IMG/VR virus record: IMGVR_UViG_3300029268_000006
Coordinates: 32,001 to 96,000 of that record
Reading direction: 5' to 3' (one strand)
Length of the DNA stretch: 64,000 nt
Source of the DNA: a virus
The notes below the pieces were generated by a model. The model was not told the origin of the DNA. It saw only the letters and a list, made by a program, of their open reading frames with translations, and made no database searches. Positions 17,508 to 27,249 of the stretch are shown piece after piece. How positions within the stretch are numbered: position 1 is the first letter of the stretch; every line of letters starts with the position of its first letter. The translations under genes were made by a program, and so were the position numbers.

Positions 17508-18333
17508 TTATAATTTCAATTTAATATTTGATATATCAAATTCAGAATTATTTTGTTTAATAATCCAAAAATTTCTTTTTACGAATCTATAATTTTTTAT
17601 CGCATCATATACATTTCTTGTACATATACCAACAAATTTTGAACATTCTTCAACATTATTAAAATTATTAATTATTTCTAAATTTTGATTTAATAGATAT
17701 AATGGTGTTTCATGACTTCTAATACCTAAGTGAGATTTACTTATTTTTTCTTTGGTAATATCTGAATGTTTTCTTCCTGTTTGTGATATACTCATTTTTT
17801 TCTTCGTTTCATTGGAAATTTTCCCCCCTACTTTTCCAAGATTCAATCATTTTTGATTTGGTTTCCATAGAATGTTTTTTACCATAAAAATGATTATTAT
17901 TACCGATTGTAGAATTTCTAATTTTTTCAATTGTTTTATTTGAAACTTCTTTATTTAAATTTATTTGTCTTAGTTTTTCTTTTGTAATATCACTAACTTT
18001 ACTATTTTTTCCTCCGGGTCTAATATTATATCCAATTTTTTTATCTGTTGATTTATAAAATTCTATATAATATAATTCTTTTTCATTTAATTCTTCAATT
18101 GAATTTGCATAATATAAAATTTCACACTGAAAATTTTTATATCCATATTTGTGAATAGATTTCGATATTATTTGTTTGGAATTTTTTTTGGAATTTTTGT
18201 GTTTATTTAGTCTTGATTTTAAATTTATTGATTGTCCAATATATATTTTATTATTGATATTATTTTTTAATAAATAAATTGTAAAATTTGTTTTATTTTC
18301 TAATAAAAAATTATCAATTAAACTTATCATCAT
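17508..18333 (-). pseudogene. GIY-YIG endonuclease with NUMOD3/NUMOD1 modules, broken by a 1-nt frameshift in a G6 run
   Basis: IYLLKNNINNKIYIGQS; FYGKKHS; second ORF GRKHSDITK. Removing one G from AGTAGGGGGGAAAATT (C6 at 17823-17828) fuses the two ORFs as ..WKSRGKISNETK.. Confidence 0.8.
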
Positions 18334-18550
18334 AATATTTATATATTAAAAAATAAATTGAAAATAAATTAAAAAAACACCAATTTGGACCGATTAAATT
18401 TAATATATAAAAAAGCCTATTATAATTTTTAAACTTTTTTGTTTTGATGTTATAAAAGGTTTTGAAAGGCAATTTTTAAATTTTTAGGATTAATTGGCTT
18501 AACGAAAGACTTCACATTTAAAGGCTTTCTAAAAAACAATCAAAGCATGT

Positions 18551-19558
18551 ATGGAATACAAGGAATTTGATGACAAATTTTTGTTCGAATCTGACGCAGA
18601 TCAACAAAAAGAAGAAATGAGTTTTCTTAATAAGAAAACTAAAAACCAAGACGGTATTTATCGTCCAACACTCGAAGAAGCCGCTGATGTAAAAGTGGGC
18701 TACAAATCAAAAATTCGTTTTCTTCGTAATTTAACTAGAGGTGGTAAATTAGGACCAGCTTCAGTTGAAAAACATGTGCATTATGTTGCACGTGGACCAT
18801 TTGACAATCATCCTGATTTAATCGGGTATTATGATTGTGAACGTAATTTTAAAGAAAAATGTGATCTTTGCACAATGTTTTGGAAATTGAAAAAATCTAA
18901 AAATCAAGCTGATGTTGAAAAGGCAGAACTGTTGAATAGGAATACTAAATATTACAGTTATGTTGAAATAATTGAAGATGTTCAACACCCAGAATTGGTT
19001 GGAAAGATTTTAGTTTTCCCTTACGGGTACAAAATTAAAGAGAAGATTAATCTCGAAATGACAGGTGAAGTTACCGGAACGAAGTGTAATATTTTTGATT
19101 TCGCGAAAGGAAAAGATTTTATCTTAATCATTAAAGAAAGAAAAACGGCAGTTGGTACTTTCCCAGACTATGATAATAGTACATTTTTGGAATCATCACC
19201 ATTAAAAATCTATAACGAAAAATCACAAAAATTTGTGGCAGTTCAATTAGATGAAAATAATGAAATTTCTGATAAGAAATGGCAATCAAAAATTAGAGAA
19301 GTTCTTTTGGGTCGTGATGAAAAAGTAAATATTGAAGATCATATTCCCAACAAGGAATGGACTGATGAAGAAAGAGATAAAGTTGGTAGGATTATCAATG
19401 TGTTAAATGGATCTGATGTATTTGCAGCAGAATCGGCAACCAGAGAAGTACGTAATACTAACCCATCCACAACATCAAAACCACAATCACAATCAGTTGT
19501 GGCTGATGCTGAACTTGACGATTTTTTTAATTTCGCAGAAGCTGAAGATGAAAAATAA
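18551..19558 (+). CDS. gp32: Single-stranded DNA-binding protein, T4 gp32-like
   Basis: IYRP, KIRFL, H..C...CDLC Zn ligands, YYSYVEIIED..HPELVGKI, FDF..GKDF, acidic C-terminal tail. Confidence 0.85.
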   Translation: MEYKEFDDKFLFESDADQQKEEMSFLNKKTKNQDGIYRPTLEEAADVKVGYKSKIRFLRNLTRGGKLGPASVEKHVHYVARGPFDNHPDLIGYYDCERNFKEKCDLCTMFWKLKKSKNQADVEKAELLNRNTKYYSYVEIIEDVQHPELVGKILVFPYGYKIKEKINLEMTGEVTGTKCNIFDFAKGKDFILIIKERKTAVGTFPDYDNSTFLESSPLKIYNEKSQKFVAVQLDENNEISDKKWQSKIREVLLGRDEKVNIEDHIPNKEWTDEERDKVGRIINVLNGSDVFAAESATREVRNTNPSTTSKPQSQSVVADAELDDFFNFAEAEDEK

Positions 19559-19581
19559 ATAAGATTATTTTTCTAAAATAG

Positions 19582-19615
19582 AAAAGGACTGAATTAACAT
19601 TCAGTCTTTTTTTTT
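19582..19615 (+). terminator. Intrinsic terminator after gp32
   Basis: AAAAGGACTGAAT-loop-ATTCAGTC followed by T9. Confidence 0.85.
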
Positions 19616-19760
19616 GAAATACGAAAAAAATTTAGTTCGTGCCGTAAGGAATTTTTAACTAAAAAAATTTTAAATATTTTTAAAACAAAAATGTAAAAGT
19701 GAAATATAATAAATTATATTTCAAAAAACCATTTAAGTTTAAAAAATAATTACAAATTTA

Positions 19761-20456
19761 ATGATTAAACCCATCGATGAAATTGAAAAAAATGAAGAAG
19801 ATACTATATGGGATGACATAGAAAATAAATTAGACACAGTTCAAAATGAAGAAATAGAAGATATATTAATTGATAATAGTGAGATGGGGGAATTAGAACA
19901 AGATGATATAATAAGTAATATAAATGATGAATCTGAAAGTGATTTAGATATTTATTTTAAATTCGGTACAAATAATCATAAATTAGATGGAAAACATAGC
20001 TTAAAAAGAGATACAATTTTAAATGGTAAAGTGGATGAGGTGGAAGTGGAGGGAATGGAAACTTATAAACAAGATATGGATTATTTTTCATCACACGATC
20101 CAGTAGAACATGGATCAATTTTTGAAGATGAAAGTAGAAATAATGAAGAATTAGCGAATAGAAGAAATTTATCACAAGATATTTATACAATTTTAAAAGA
20201 AAAAACAAATATAGATTTTAATGTGAATCGTAGAAAACCAAATAAAATAACATTCAATTCGTATTATAAAATGTTATTAAATGACGTTGGAAAAACATAT
20301 ACTAAATCGGAAATATTTGTGGAATTGGCGTATTATTTCACAGATAATATTTTCAATATGTATAAACTTTTGGATAAGAAATATGCTATCGGTATTATTG
20401 AAGAATTAAGAGATAAGGGTTATTTATCTAATCTTAAATCAATAAATTTCATGTAA
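19761..20456 (+). CDS. Hypothetical protein, acidic N-terminus
   Basis: 231-aa ORF directly followed by the next gene. Confidence 0.7.
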   Translation: MIKPIDEIEKNEEDTIWDDIENKLDTVQNEEIEDILIDNSEMGELEQDDIISNINDESESDLDIYFKFGTNNHKLDGKHSLKRDTILNGKVDEVEVEGMETYKQDMDYFSSHDPVEHGSIFEDESRNNEELANRRNLSQDIYTILKEKTNIDFNVNRRKPNKITFNSYYKMLLNDVGKTYTKSEIFVELAYYFTDNIFNMYKLLDKKYAIGIIEELRDKGYLSNLKSINFM

Positions 20457-21530
20457 ATGAATAAAACAGAAAATTTTATTAAAAAATCTATTGATATTCA
20501 TGGTAATTTATATGATTATTCATTGGTTGAATATATTAATAATAATACCAAAGTAAAAATTTTATGTAATGAACATGGTGAATTTAAACAAAAACCAGTA
20601 AATCATATATATTTTAAATGTGGTTGTCCTAAATGTGCAGGAAAAAATATAACTACACAAGAATTTATAGAAAAATGTAATAAAATTCATGGTAATTTAT
20701 ATGATTATTCATTGGTTGATTATAAAACAATGCACATTAAAATAAAGATAATATGTCCAGAACACGGTATTTTTGAACAAACACCATCTAATCATATTCA
20801 TCATGGATGTAAAAAATGTTTTTTTGATAAAAAGAGAAATAATGAAAAAATAATAATTGAAAAATTCAAAAAATTACATAATAATTTATATGATTATTCA
20901 TTGATTGATTATAAAACTATGAATACCAAAATAAAAATAGTTTGTTTAAAACACGGTATTTTTGAACAAACACCAGTGAATCATTTACAAGGTAAAGGAT
21001 GTTATAAATGTTCACCAAATAGTAAAAAAGATATTTTTTTAATTTTAGAAAAATTAAATGAATTACATAATAATAAATATAATTATGATATGAATTTTAA
21101 TAAAACTTCAAATAAAATTGAAATTTTATGTGACAAACACGGTATTTTTTACCAAACACTAAATAATCATTTGGATGGTCATGGGTGTCCTTTTTGTAAT
21201 GAAAGTAGTGGTGAAAAGAAAATTAATCAATATTTAAGTGAAAAAAATATAAAATTTGAAAGACAAAAAACATTTTCATCTTGTAAAGATAAAAGAAAAT
21301 TACCATTTGATTTTTATTTATGTGATTATAATTTATGTATTGAATATGATGGTGAACAGCATTTTATGATTGTGGAAGAATGGGGTGGTGAAGAAAAATT
21401 TTTAATTATTAAAAAACATGATGAAATAAAAAATGAATTCTGTTGGAAAAATTCAATAAAATTATTGAGAATTAATTATGAAGAAAAAATAGAAGAAAAA
21501 ATATCTAATTTTTTTTTAGACATTCTTTAA
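20457..21530 (+). CDS. Putative homing endonuclease with four Zn-finger-like repeats and a Vsr/DUF559-like domain
   Basis: Four copies of YDYSL.(E/D)Y......I.C..HG.F.Q....H...GCxxC; LPFDFYL...NLCIEYDGEQH. Confidence 0.8.
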   Translation: MNKTENFIKKSIDIHGNLYDYSLVEYINNNTKVKILCNEHGEFKQKPVNHIYFKCGCPKCAGKNITTQEFIEKCNKIHGNLYDYSLVDYKTMHIKIKIICPEHGIFEQTPSNHIHHGCKKCFFDKKRNNEKIIIEKFKKLHNNLYDYSLIDYKTMNTKIKIVCLKHGIFEQTPVNHLQGKGCYKCSPNSKKDIFLILEKLNELHNNKYNYDMNFNKTSNKIEILCDKHGIFYQTLNNHLDGHGCPFCNESSGEKKINQYLSEKNIKFERQKTFSSCKDKRKLPFDFYLCDYNLCIEYDGEQHFMIVEEWGGEEKFLIIKKHDEIKNEFCWKNSIKLLRINYEEKIEEKISNFFLDIL

Positions 21531-21564
21531 AAATTATTATATAAATAAAAAATAAATATATTTT

Positions 21565-22746
21565 ATGGATAGAAAAAACGTATTCGACTCAACTTTGAAA
21601 TATTTTAATGGAGATACTTTAGCAGCTGATGTTTGGGTGAATAAATATTGTTTAAAAAATGTTGAAAATGGTGAAATAGTATATTATGAAAATACACCCG
21701 ATGATATGCATCGAAGAATATCAGATGAATTATATAGAATTGAAAACAAATATAAAAATCCTCTTGAAAAAGAAAAAATATTTGATTTACTTAAAAATTT
21801 TAAATATATTATACCACAGGGATCTCCAATGTCTGGTATAGGTAATAATTTTCAAATAGTGAGTTTAAGTAATTGTTTTGTCATTGGACATGAATATGAT
21901 TCATATGGTTCCATTATCATGTGTGATGAAGAACAGATTCAATTGATGAAAAGAAGGGGTGGTGTAGGACACGATTTATCACATATCAGACCAACAGGAA
22001 CCGTAGTTCAAAATTCCGCGTTGACATCAACTGGTATTGTTCCGTTTATGGAAAGATATTCAAATTCAACAAAAGAAGTGGCACAGGATGGTAGAAGAGG
22101 AGCTTTAATGCTTACAATTTCAGTCAAACATCCGGACGCTGAAAATTTTATTGATGCAAAACTAGAGCAAGGAAAAGTGACAGGTTCAAATATTTCAATA
22201 AAAATTGATGATGAATTTATGAATTGTGTTTTAAATGATACACCATATATTCAAAAATTTCCAATAAATTCAGACAATCCAAAGGTTACTAAAAGTATCG
22301 ATGCTAAAAAATTATGGAAAAAAATAATTTACAATGCATGGAAATCAGCAGAACCGGGGGTTTTATTTTGGGATACTGTTATTAGAGAATCTGTTCCAGA
22401 TTGTTATAAAGAAGATGGTTTCACTACAATCAGTACTAATCCTTGTTTATCTGGTGATTCTCTTATTACAACAACAAAGGGTGAAATATCAATTAAAGAA
22501 ATTTTTAATAATTTCAAAAATGAAAAATATCAAGTTTTAACATATAATGAAAAAAATAAAAATTTAGAATATAATAATGTATCTGATGCTATTTTAACAA
22601 AAAGAAATGCCAATATAATAGAAATTGAATTAGTTGATGGAACTACATTAAGATTAACACCAGATCATAAAGTTTATACGAAAAATAGAAAATGGATAGA
22701 AGCATCAAAATTAACAAATGATGATATATTAATAAAAATAGATTAA
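21565..22746 (+). CDS. nrdJ: Class II (B12-dependent) ribonucleotide reductase, N-terminal fragment plus N-intein (100 aa)
   Basis: PQGSPM, SLSNCFV, RRGGVG, AEPG, STNP|CLSGDS (Cys1 at 22444); block B LTPDHKV. Confidence 0.93.
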   Translation: MDRKNVFDSTLKYFNGDTLAADVWVNKYCLKNVENGEIVYYENTPDDMHRRISDELYRIENKYKNPLEKEKIFDLLKNFKYIIPQGSPMSGIGNNFQIVSLSNCFVIGHEYDSYGSIIMCDEEQIQLMKRRGGVGHDLSHIRPTGTVVQNSALTSTGIVPFMERYSNSTKEVAQDGRRGALMLTISVKHPDAENFIDAKLEQGKVTGSNISIKIDDEFMNCVLNDTPYIQKFPINSDNPKVTKSIDAKKLWKKIIYNAWKSAEPGVLFWDTVIRESVPDCYKEDGFTTISTNPCLSGDSLITTTKGEISIKEIFNNFKNEKYQVLTYNEKNKNLEYNNVSDAILTKRNANIIEIELVDGTTLRLTPDHKVYTKNRKWIEASKLTNDDILIKID

Positions 22747-22748
22747 TA

Positions 22749-22796
22749 AATCCATGTGATTATTTTATATATAGGTATAAAATAATCACATGGATT
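22749..22796. promoter_or_regulatory. Perfect 21-bp inverted repeat occluding the translation-initiation region of the nested endonuclease
   Basis: AATCCATGTGATTATTTTATA-TATAGG-TATAAAATAATCACATGGATT, ending 1 nt before ATG 22798. Confidence 0.8.
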
Positions 22797-22797
22797 G

Positions 22798-23562
22798 ATG
22801 GAAAAAATATTATCCTTTTTTAATGATGTAAAATTAAAAAAATTTAAAACAAGAAATGGTGGTTCAATTTATCATGATAAAGACAAAATAAAATCAGATA
22901 TTAGATATGATTTGGTTAAAGAATTTATAGAAAAAAATTATTATACTAATGGTATGGGAATAAAATCAATTATTAAAAAATATAATTTACCAATTACATA
23001 TTCTATTTTAAGATTTTATTTTATAAATTTTTTTAAAATTAAAATTAGAGATAATAAAGAAATAACAGATTTTATAAGAAAATCAAGAAGAGAAAAGGCA
23101 ACATATGAACGAGATAATAAAATTGGGTTTTTTAATCAAAATTTACAAGATAACCTTAAAATTAGAAATAGTACAATAAGAGGGATACAAGGTTATTATT
23201 TTAATATTTCATTAAATAAATATGTATGGTTGAGAAGTTCTTGGGAATATATTTTTGCGAAATGGTTAGATAAAAATAATTATAAATGGGATGTCGAAAT
23301 TAAAACTTTTGAAATTTCGAATAATAAAAAATATAGACCCGATTTTTTTATATTTGATAATAATGATAATATTATTAAAATAATAGAAGTTAAAGGTTAT
23401 TGGAAAGATAAACTTTATAAATTTGTAGAACTAAAAAATATGTTAAATAAATCTAATATTGAATTTATTTTGGTTGATAAAATAAAAACATATTCATATA
23501 ATGGATTTAAACAAGATTTGAATAATTGGAAAAGAGAAAGAATTTTGGATTTAAAAAAATAA
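22798..23562 (+). CDS. Putative PD-(D/E)xK (TnsA-like) homing endonuclease nested in the split nrdJ
   Basis: LRSSWEYIFAKWLD; YRPDFFI; IEVKGYW. Confidence 0.75.
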   Translation: MEKILSFFNDVKLKKFKTRNGGSIYHDKDKIKSDIRYDLVKEFIEKNYYTNGMGIKSIIKKYNLPITYSILRFYFINFFKIKIRDNKEITDFIRKSRREKATYERDNKIGFFNQNLQDNLKIRNSTIRGIQGYYFNISLNKYVWLRSSWEYIFAKWLDKNNYKWDVEIKTFEISNNKKYRPDFFIFDNNDNIIKIIEVKGYWKDKLYKFVELKNMLNKSNIEFILVDKIKTYSYNGFKQDLNNWKRERILDLKK

Positions 23563-23569
23563 TTTTAAT

Positions 23570-25333
23570 ATGAAAGAGATAAAAATTAAAAAAATAAACA
23601 TTAAACAAAATGATGATGTATATGATTTAAAAATAGAAAATAATCATAACTTTTTTGCAAATAAAATATTAGTTCACAACTGTGGTGAGATTCCATTATG
23701 TCCAAATGATTCTTGCCGCTTATTGGCAATAAATTTATATAATTTTGTAAAAAATCCATTTACTAAAGATCCAATTTTTGATTGGGAATGGTTTAAAAAA
23801 TGTGTTTTGTATGCAGAAAGATTCATGGATGATATTATAGATTTGGAAATTGAAAAAATTGAAAAAATTATTGAAAAAATAAAATTAGATCCAGAACCAG
23901 AATATATGAAAAAAGTGGAAATGGAAGTTTGGAATAAAATTATGAATATGACTAAAAAAGGTCGTAGAACTGGATTGGGTGTTACAGCAGAGGGAGATAT
24001 GTTAGCTGGTATGGGTTTAATTTATGGAACCCCGGAAGCAACTGAATTTTCAACTAAAATTCATAAAACACTCGCAATCGAAGCTTATCGTTCATCCTGT
24101 ATTTTAGCTAAAGAAAGAGGTACATTTCCTATATATGATTACAATAAAGAAATAAATAATCCATTTATTAGCAGATTAAAAAATGATGATCCAGAATTGG
24201 ATGAAATGTTAAAAAAATATGGAAGAAGAAATATATCATTACTTACAATTGCACCAACCGGCAGTGTGAGTATTTTAACACAAACGACATCAGGTGTCGA
24301 ACCTGTTTTTCTTGTGTCTTATAAAAGAAGAAGAAAAATAAATCCATCAGATAAAGATATGATGGTGAATTTTGTTGACGATGAGGGAATTAAATGGCAA
24401 GAATATAATGTATTTCATCATAAATTTGAAGTTTGGTTGAAAAACAATGGATATAATATCGATGAAGTGAAACTTATGAAGGAAGAAGATTTGAAAGAAA
24501 TAATCAAATTATCACCTTACTATAAAGCAACATCAAATGATGTTGATTGGGTTGAAAAAATTAAAATGCAAGGTAGTATTCAAAAATATGTCGATCATTC
24601 TATTTCAGTAACAGTAAATTTACCGAAAACTGCAACAGAAGAAATGGTTTCCCAAGTGTATGAAACCGGATGGAGTAGTGGGTGTAAAGGCGTTACTGTA
24701 TATAGAGATGGTTCAAGACAGGGTGTTATTATTTCTAATGAAAGTAAAGATAAAAAAACATCAACAAATAATATTCCAAAAAGGCCAGTAAAATTACAAT
24801 GTGATGTACTTAGATTTGTAAGTAGAGGTAATAAATGGGTTGGTTTTGTTGGTTTAATGGAAGATACTGATGAAACCTATCCATATGAAATGTTTACTGG
24901 ATTGGCTGATGATTTTGTTATTCCTAATTATGTCGAAAAGGGTTTTATTAGAAAGGAAAAAATAAAAGATAGTGAAAACAATTTAATTTCCAGATACGAT
25001 TTTATTTACCATGATAAAGATGGATTTGAAGTGACAATGCAGGGTCTTAATCGTGCATTTGATAGAGAATATTGGAATATTGGTAAATTATTAAGTGGTT
25101 TACTTCGTCATAGAATGCATTTTCCATCAATTATAAAAATCATAGAATCTTTAAAATTAGACGGTGATACTTTGGGTACTTGGAAAAAAGGTGTTATCAG
25201 AATTTTAAAAAGATATATCAAAGAAGGTGAGATGGAAACTGATGAAGAATGTCCAATTTGTAAATCTAAAAATTTGGTTCATAAAGAAGGTTGTGTTTCA
25301 TGTTTGGACTGTCAATGGTCGAGATGTTCTTGA
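23570..25333 (+). CDS. nrdJ: Class II RNR, C-intein (37 aa) plus C-terminal fragment
   Basis: VYDLKI..NHNFFANKILVHN|CGEIPL (junction 23680/23681); RRTGLG, TIAPTG, SISVTVN, KGVTVYRDGSR; C-terminal CxxC..CxxC. Confidence 0.93.
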   Translation: MKEIKIKKINIKQNDDVYDLKIENNHNFFANKILVHNCGEIPLCPNDSCRLLAINLYNFVKNPFTKDPIFDWEWFKKCVLYAERFMDDIIDLEIEKIEKIIEKIKLDPEPEYMKKVEMEVWNKIMNMTKKGRRTGLGVTAEGDMLAGMGLIYGTPEATEFSTKIHKTLAIEAYRSSCILAKERGTFPIYDYNKEINNPFISRLKNDDPELDEMLKKYGRRNISLLTIAPTGSVSILTQTTSGVEPVFLVSYKRRRKINPSDKDMMVNFVDDEGIKWQEYNVFHHKFEVWLKNNGYNIDEVKLMKEEDLKEIIKLSPYYKATSNDVDWVEKIKMQGSIQKYVDHSISVTVNLPKTATEEMVSQVYETGWSSGCKGVTVYRDGSRQGVIISNESKDKKTSTNNIPKRPVKLQCDVLRFVSRGNKWVGFVGLMEDTDETYPYEMFTGLADDFVIPNYVEKGFIRKEKIKDSENNLISRYDFIYHDKDGFEVTMQGLNRAFDREYWNIGKLLSGLLRHRMHFPSIIKIIESLKLDGDTLGTWKKGVIRILKRYIKEGEMETDEECPICKSKNLVHKEGCVSCLDCQWSRCS

Positions 25334-25334
25334 T

Positions 25335-25608
25335 TTGAGAACAAAATTTTTGGGATAATTATGTCCAAATTTTTGTATACATATCATGGGTGTGTTCGGT
25401 TTGTGGTGAAAAACATGATCGTGATGTAAATGCAGCAAAAAATATAAAAAATTGGCCGATGGAATGTCGGTTGTTGAACGTGGAGGCCGGCTCTGTGGAC
25501 GAACGTTTCATTTCGATGAAACCTAAGAAGCATCTTGTCTGTGAAACGTTAAAAAAGATGGGTTGAAAACCCAGAAACCACTACATCTTTAGTGTAGTGG
25601 TAATTCAT
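25335..25608 (+). mobile_element. Non-autonomous IS200/IS605 remnant: TnpB C-terminal stub, omegaRNA scaffold and right end
   Basis: Translation SWVCSVCGEKHDRDVNAAKNI (25384-25446); right-end hairpin ACCACTACA-TCTTTAG-TGTAGTGGT followed by AATTCAT; imperfect left hairpin at about 25342-25375 preceded by TTGAT. Confidence 0.85.
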
Positions 25609-27130
25609 ATGGTTCCATTTGATTATCTATTCTATCCATTAAACTATAAATATCGGGAATCCCAATTTTTTTAGAATAATCATCAATATTTTGAATTAAT
25701 TCATTATACATATCATAAAAGTCACAAGGTGATGGTAAATATACAACGAATTTATACATGTGTGTGACTGGTTTTTTAAAGTCTATGATGATATAAACAT
25801 GACCACCTAATGCGTAATCATTCCAAAATTCATAGCTTTCACGAGCGAAACACCACAAAGTATTATTACCAAGGGTGATCATATCCCGATTACTACCAAC
25901 CAAAATTATCATAACTTTATTTTTTTCATATACAATATTTGACGATTTACAATATTTAACTTCTTCCCTAATTTGAACTGGTGTTATATCATTTACTAAA
26001 AAATTTTTAATGTCTTTTAAATGTAGTAAAACAGAATCAATTGTTTTATTTTTACTGGAAAATGCCTTTTTAAATATTTTATCAGAATAAACAGGATTGA
26101 TGGTTTTTAATGTATTGAATTGAGACCTTAAATCTTTCATTTTTTGAAATAATTGAACAAATTCCCATCTTGTTCTTGGTTTTCTTATATCATCTCTTAT
26201 ATTACGAAGATAAATACGATCAAAATTTTCTCTAACAAAACCAACAACATATGATCTGTCTTGTAATGCTTCTAATAATTCTAAAATATGTAATTTTGGT
26301 TTCACAATATTATTTGGATCATAATCCACAATAGGGAAAAAATTATTATCATAATCCTTAATATATTCGTACATTTTTTTCATCATCCGGATTGAATTCG
26401 GATTCCAATCATCTTTGTCTTGTTCAAATTGTTTAAAATGATGAAAAGCGTCAGCTATCAATTTTGTATAATTATCTCCACCAGTAATAGATAAAATTAG
26501 TTTTTTATCATTATCAGTAAGTTCACCAGTTTTGAAATATAATTTATTTGCCAATTGAAGATTTTCAGATAATACTAATTTTTTGTTTTGTACTTTTTCA
26601 ATATGATTTTCAATTTTATCAATAATATAATTATCAAATCCATAACTTATCAAATCATATAAATTACTAATTTGTAAATCAATATTATTTGCTGACCAAG
26701 CTTCAATTTTAATATTATTATAAATTGTAAATGTGATGCATAATTTAGATAAATTTACAAAATCATCATCTTCCATTAATTTTTCTAATCTTTCTTGTTC
26801 TTTTTTTGTTAAATCTTCACCATCTTCTTTTTTCTTATTCAAGTAATAATATAATTCGGAATTTTTTTCATTTCTACTAGTTATTTTATCTTTTTTGATT
26901 AAAATAATTAATCCAGTATCACTATATTCATCATTTGGGACATTATCACTATCCCATATTTCTATATATGAACCGTCTGAAACACTAGTACACCAATGTG
27001 TAAAAGCACCATATTTCATGGAAGCTTTTGCGGTTAATGGTGCAACTAAAATATATTTGTTGTCCCTAAAAATATCTATTCTTTCAGATGATTTAACGGA
27101 ACCTTCGAAAATTTTAAAATTAGTAATCAT
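25589..27130 (-). CDS. Hypothetical protein with two G....WC modules; final codons derive from the IS right end
   Basis: KYGAFTHWCTS and LGNNTLWCFAR; the terminal ELPLH* is encoded within the IS hairpin. Confidence 0.7.
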   Translation of the reverse strand: MITNFKIFEGSVKSSERIDIFRDNKYILVAPLTAKASMKYGAFTHWCTSVSDGSYIEIWDSDNVPNDEYSDTGLIILIKKDKITSRNEKNSELYYYLNKKKEDGEDLTKKEQERLEKLMEDDDFVNLSKLCITFTIYNNIKIEAWSANNIDLQISNLYDLISYGFDNYIIDKIENHIEKVQNKKLVLSENLQLANKLYFKTGELTDNDKKLILSITGGDNYTKLIADAFHHFKQFEQDKDDWNPNSIRMMKKMYEYIKDYDNNFFPIVDYDPNNIVKPKLHILELLEALQDRSYVVGFVRENFDRIYLRNIRDDIRKPRTRWEFVQLFQKMKDLRSQFNTLKTINPVYSDKIFKKAFSSKNKTIDSVLLHLKDIKNFLVNDITPVQIREEVKYCKSSNIVYEKNKVMIILVGSNRDMITLGNNTLWCFARESYEFWNDYALGGHVYIIIDFKKPVTHMYKFVVYLPSPCDFYDMYNELIQNIDDYSKKIGIPDIYSLMDRIDNQMEPYELPLH

Positions 27131-27248
27131 ATATATTATTTTTTTATTTTATATAAATTTTGTAATTTTGTATCAAATTAAATAATCATATCATATATAT
27201 TATTTTTTTATTTCATATAAATTTTGTAATTTTGTATCAAATTAAATA
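27126..27248. repeat. 59-bp tandem duplication (1 mismatch) in a divergent promoter region
   Basis: Copies at 27126-27184 and 27190-27248. Confidence 0.95.
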
Positions 27249-27249
27249 T

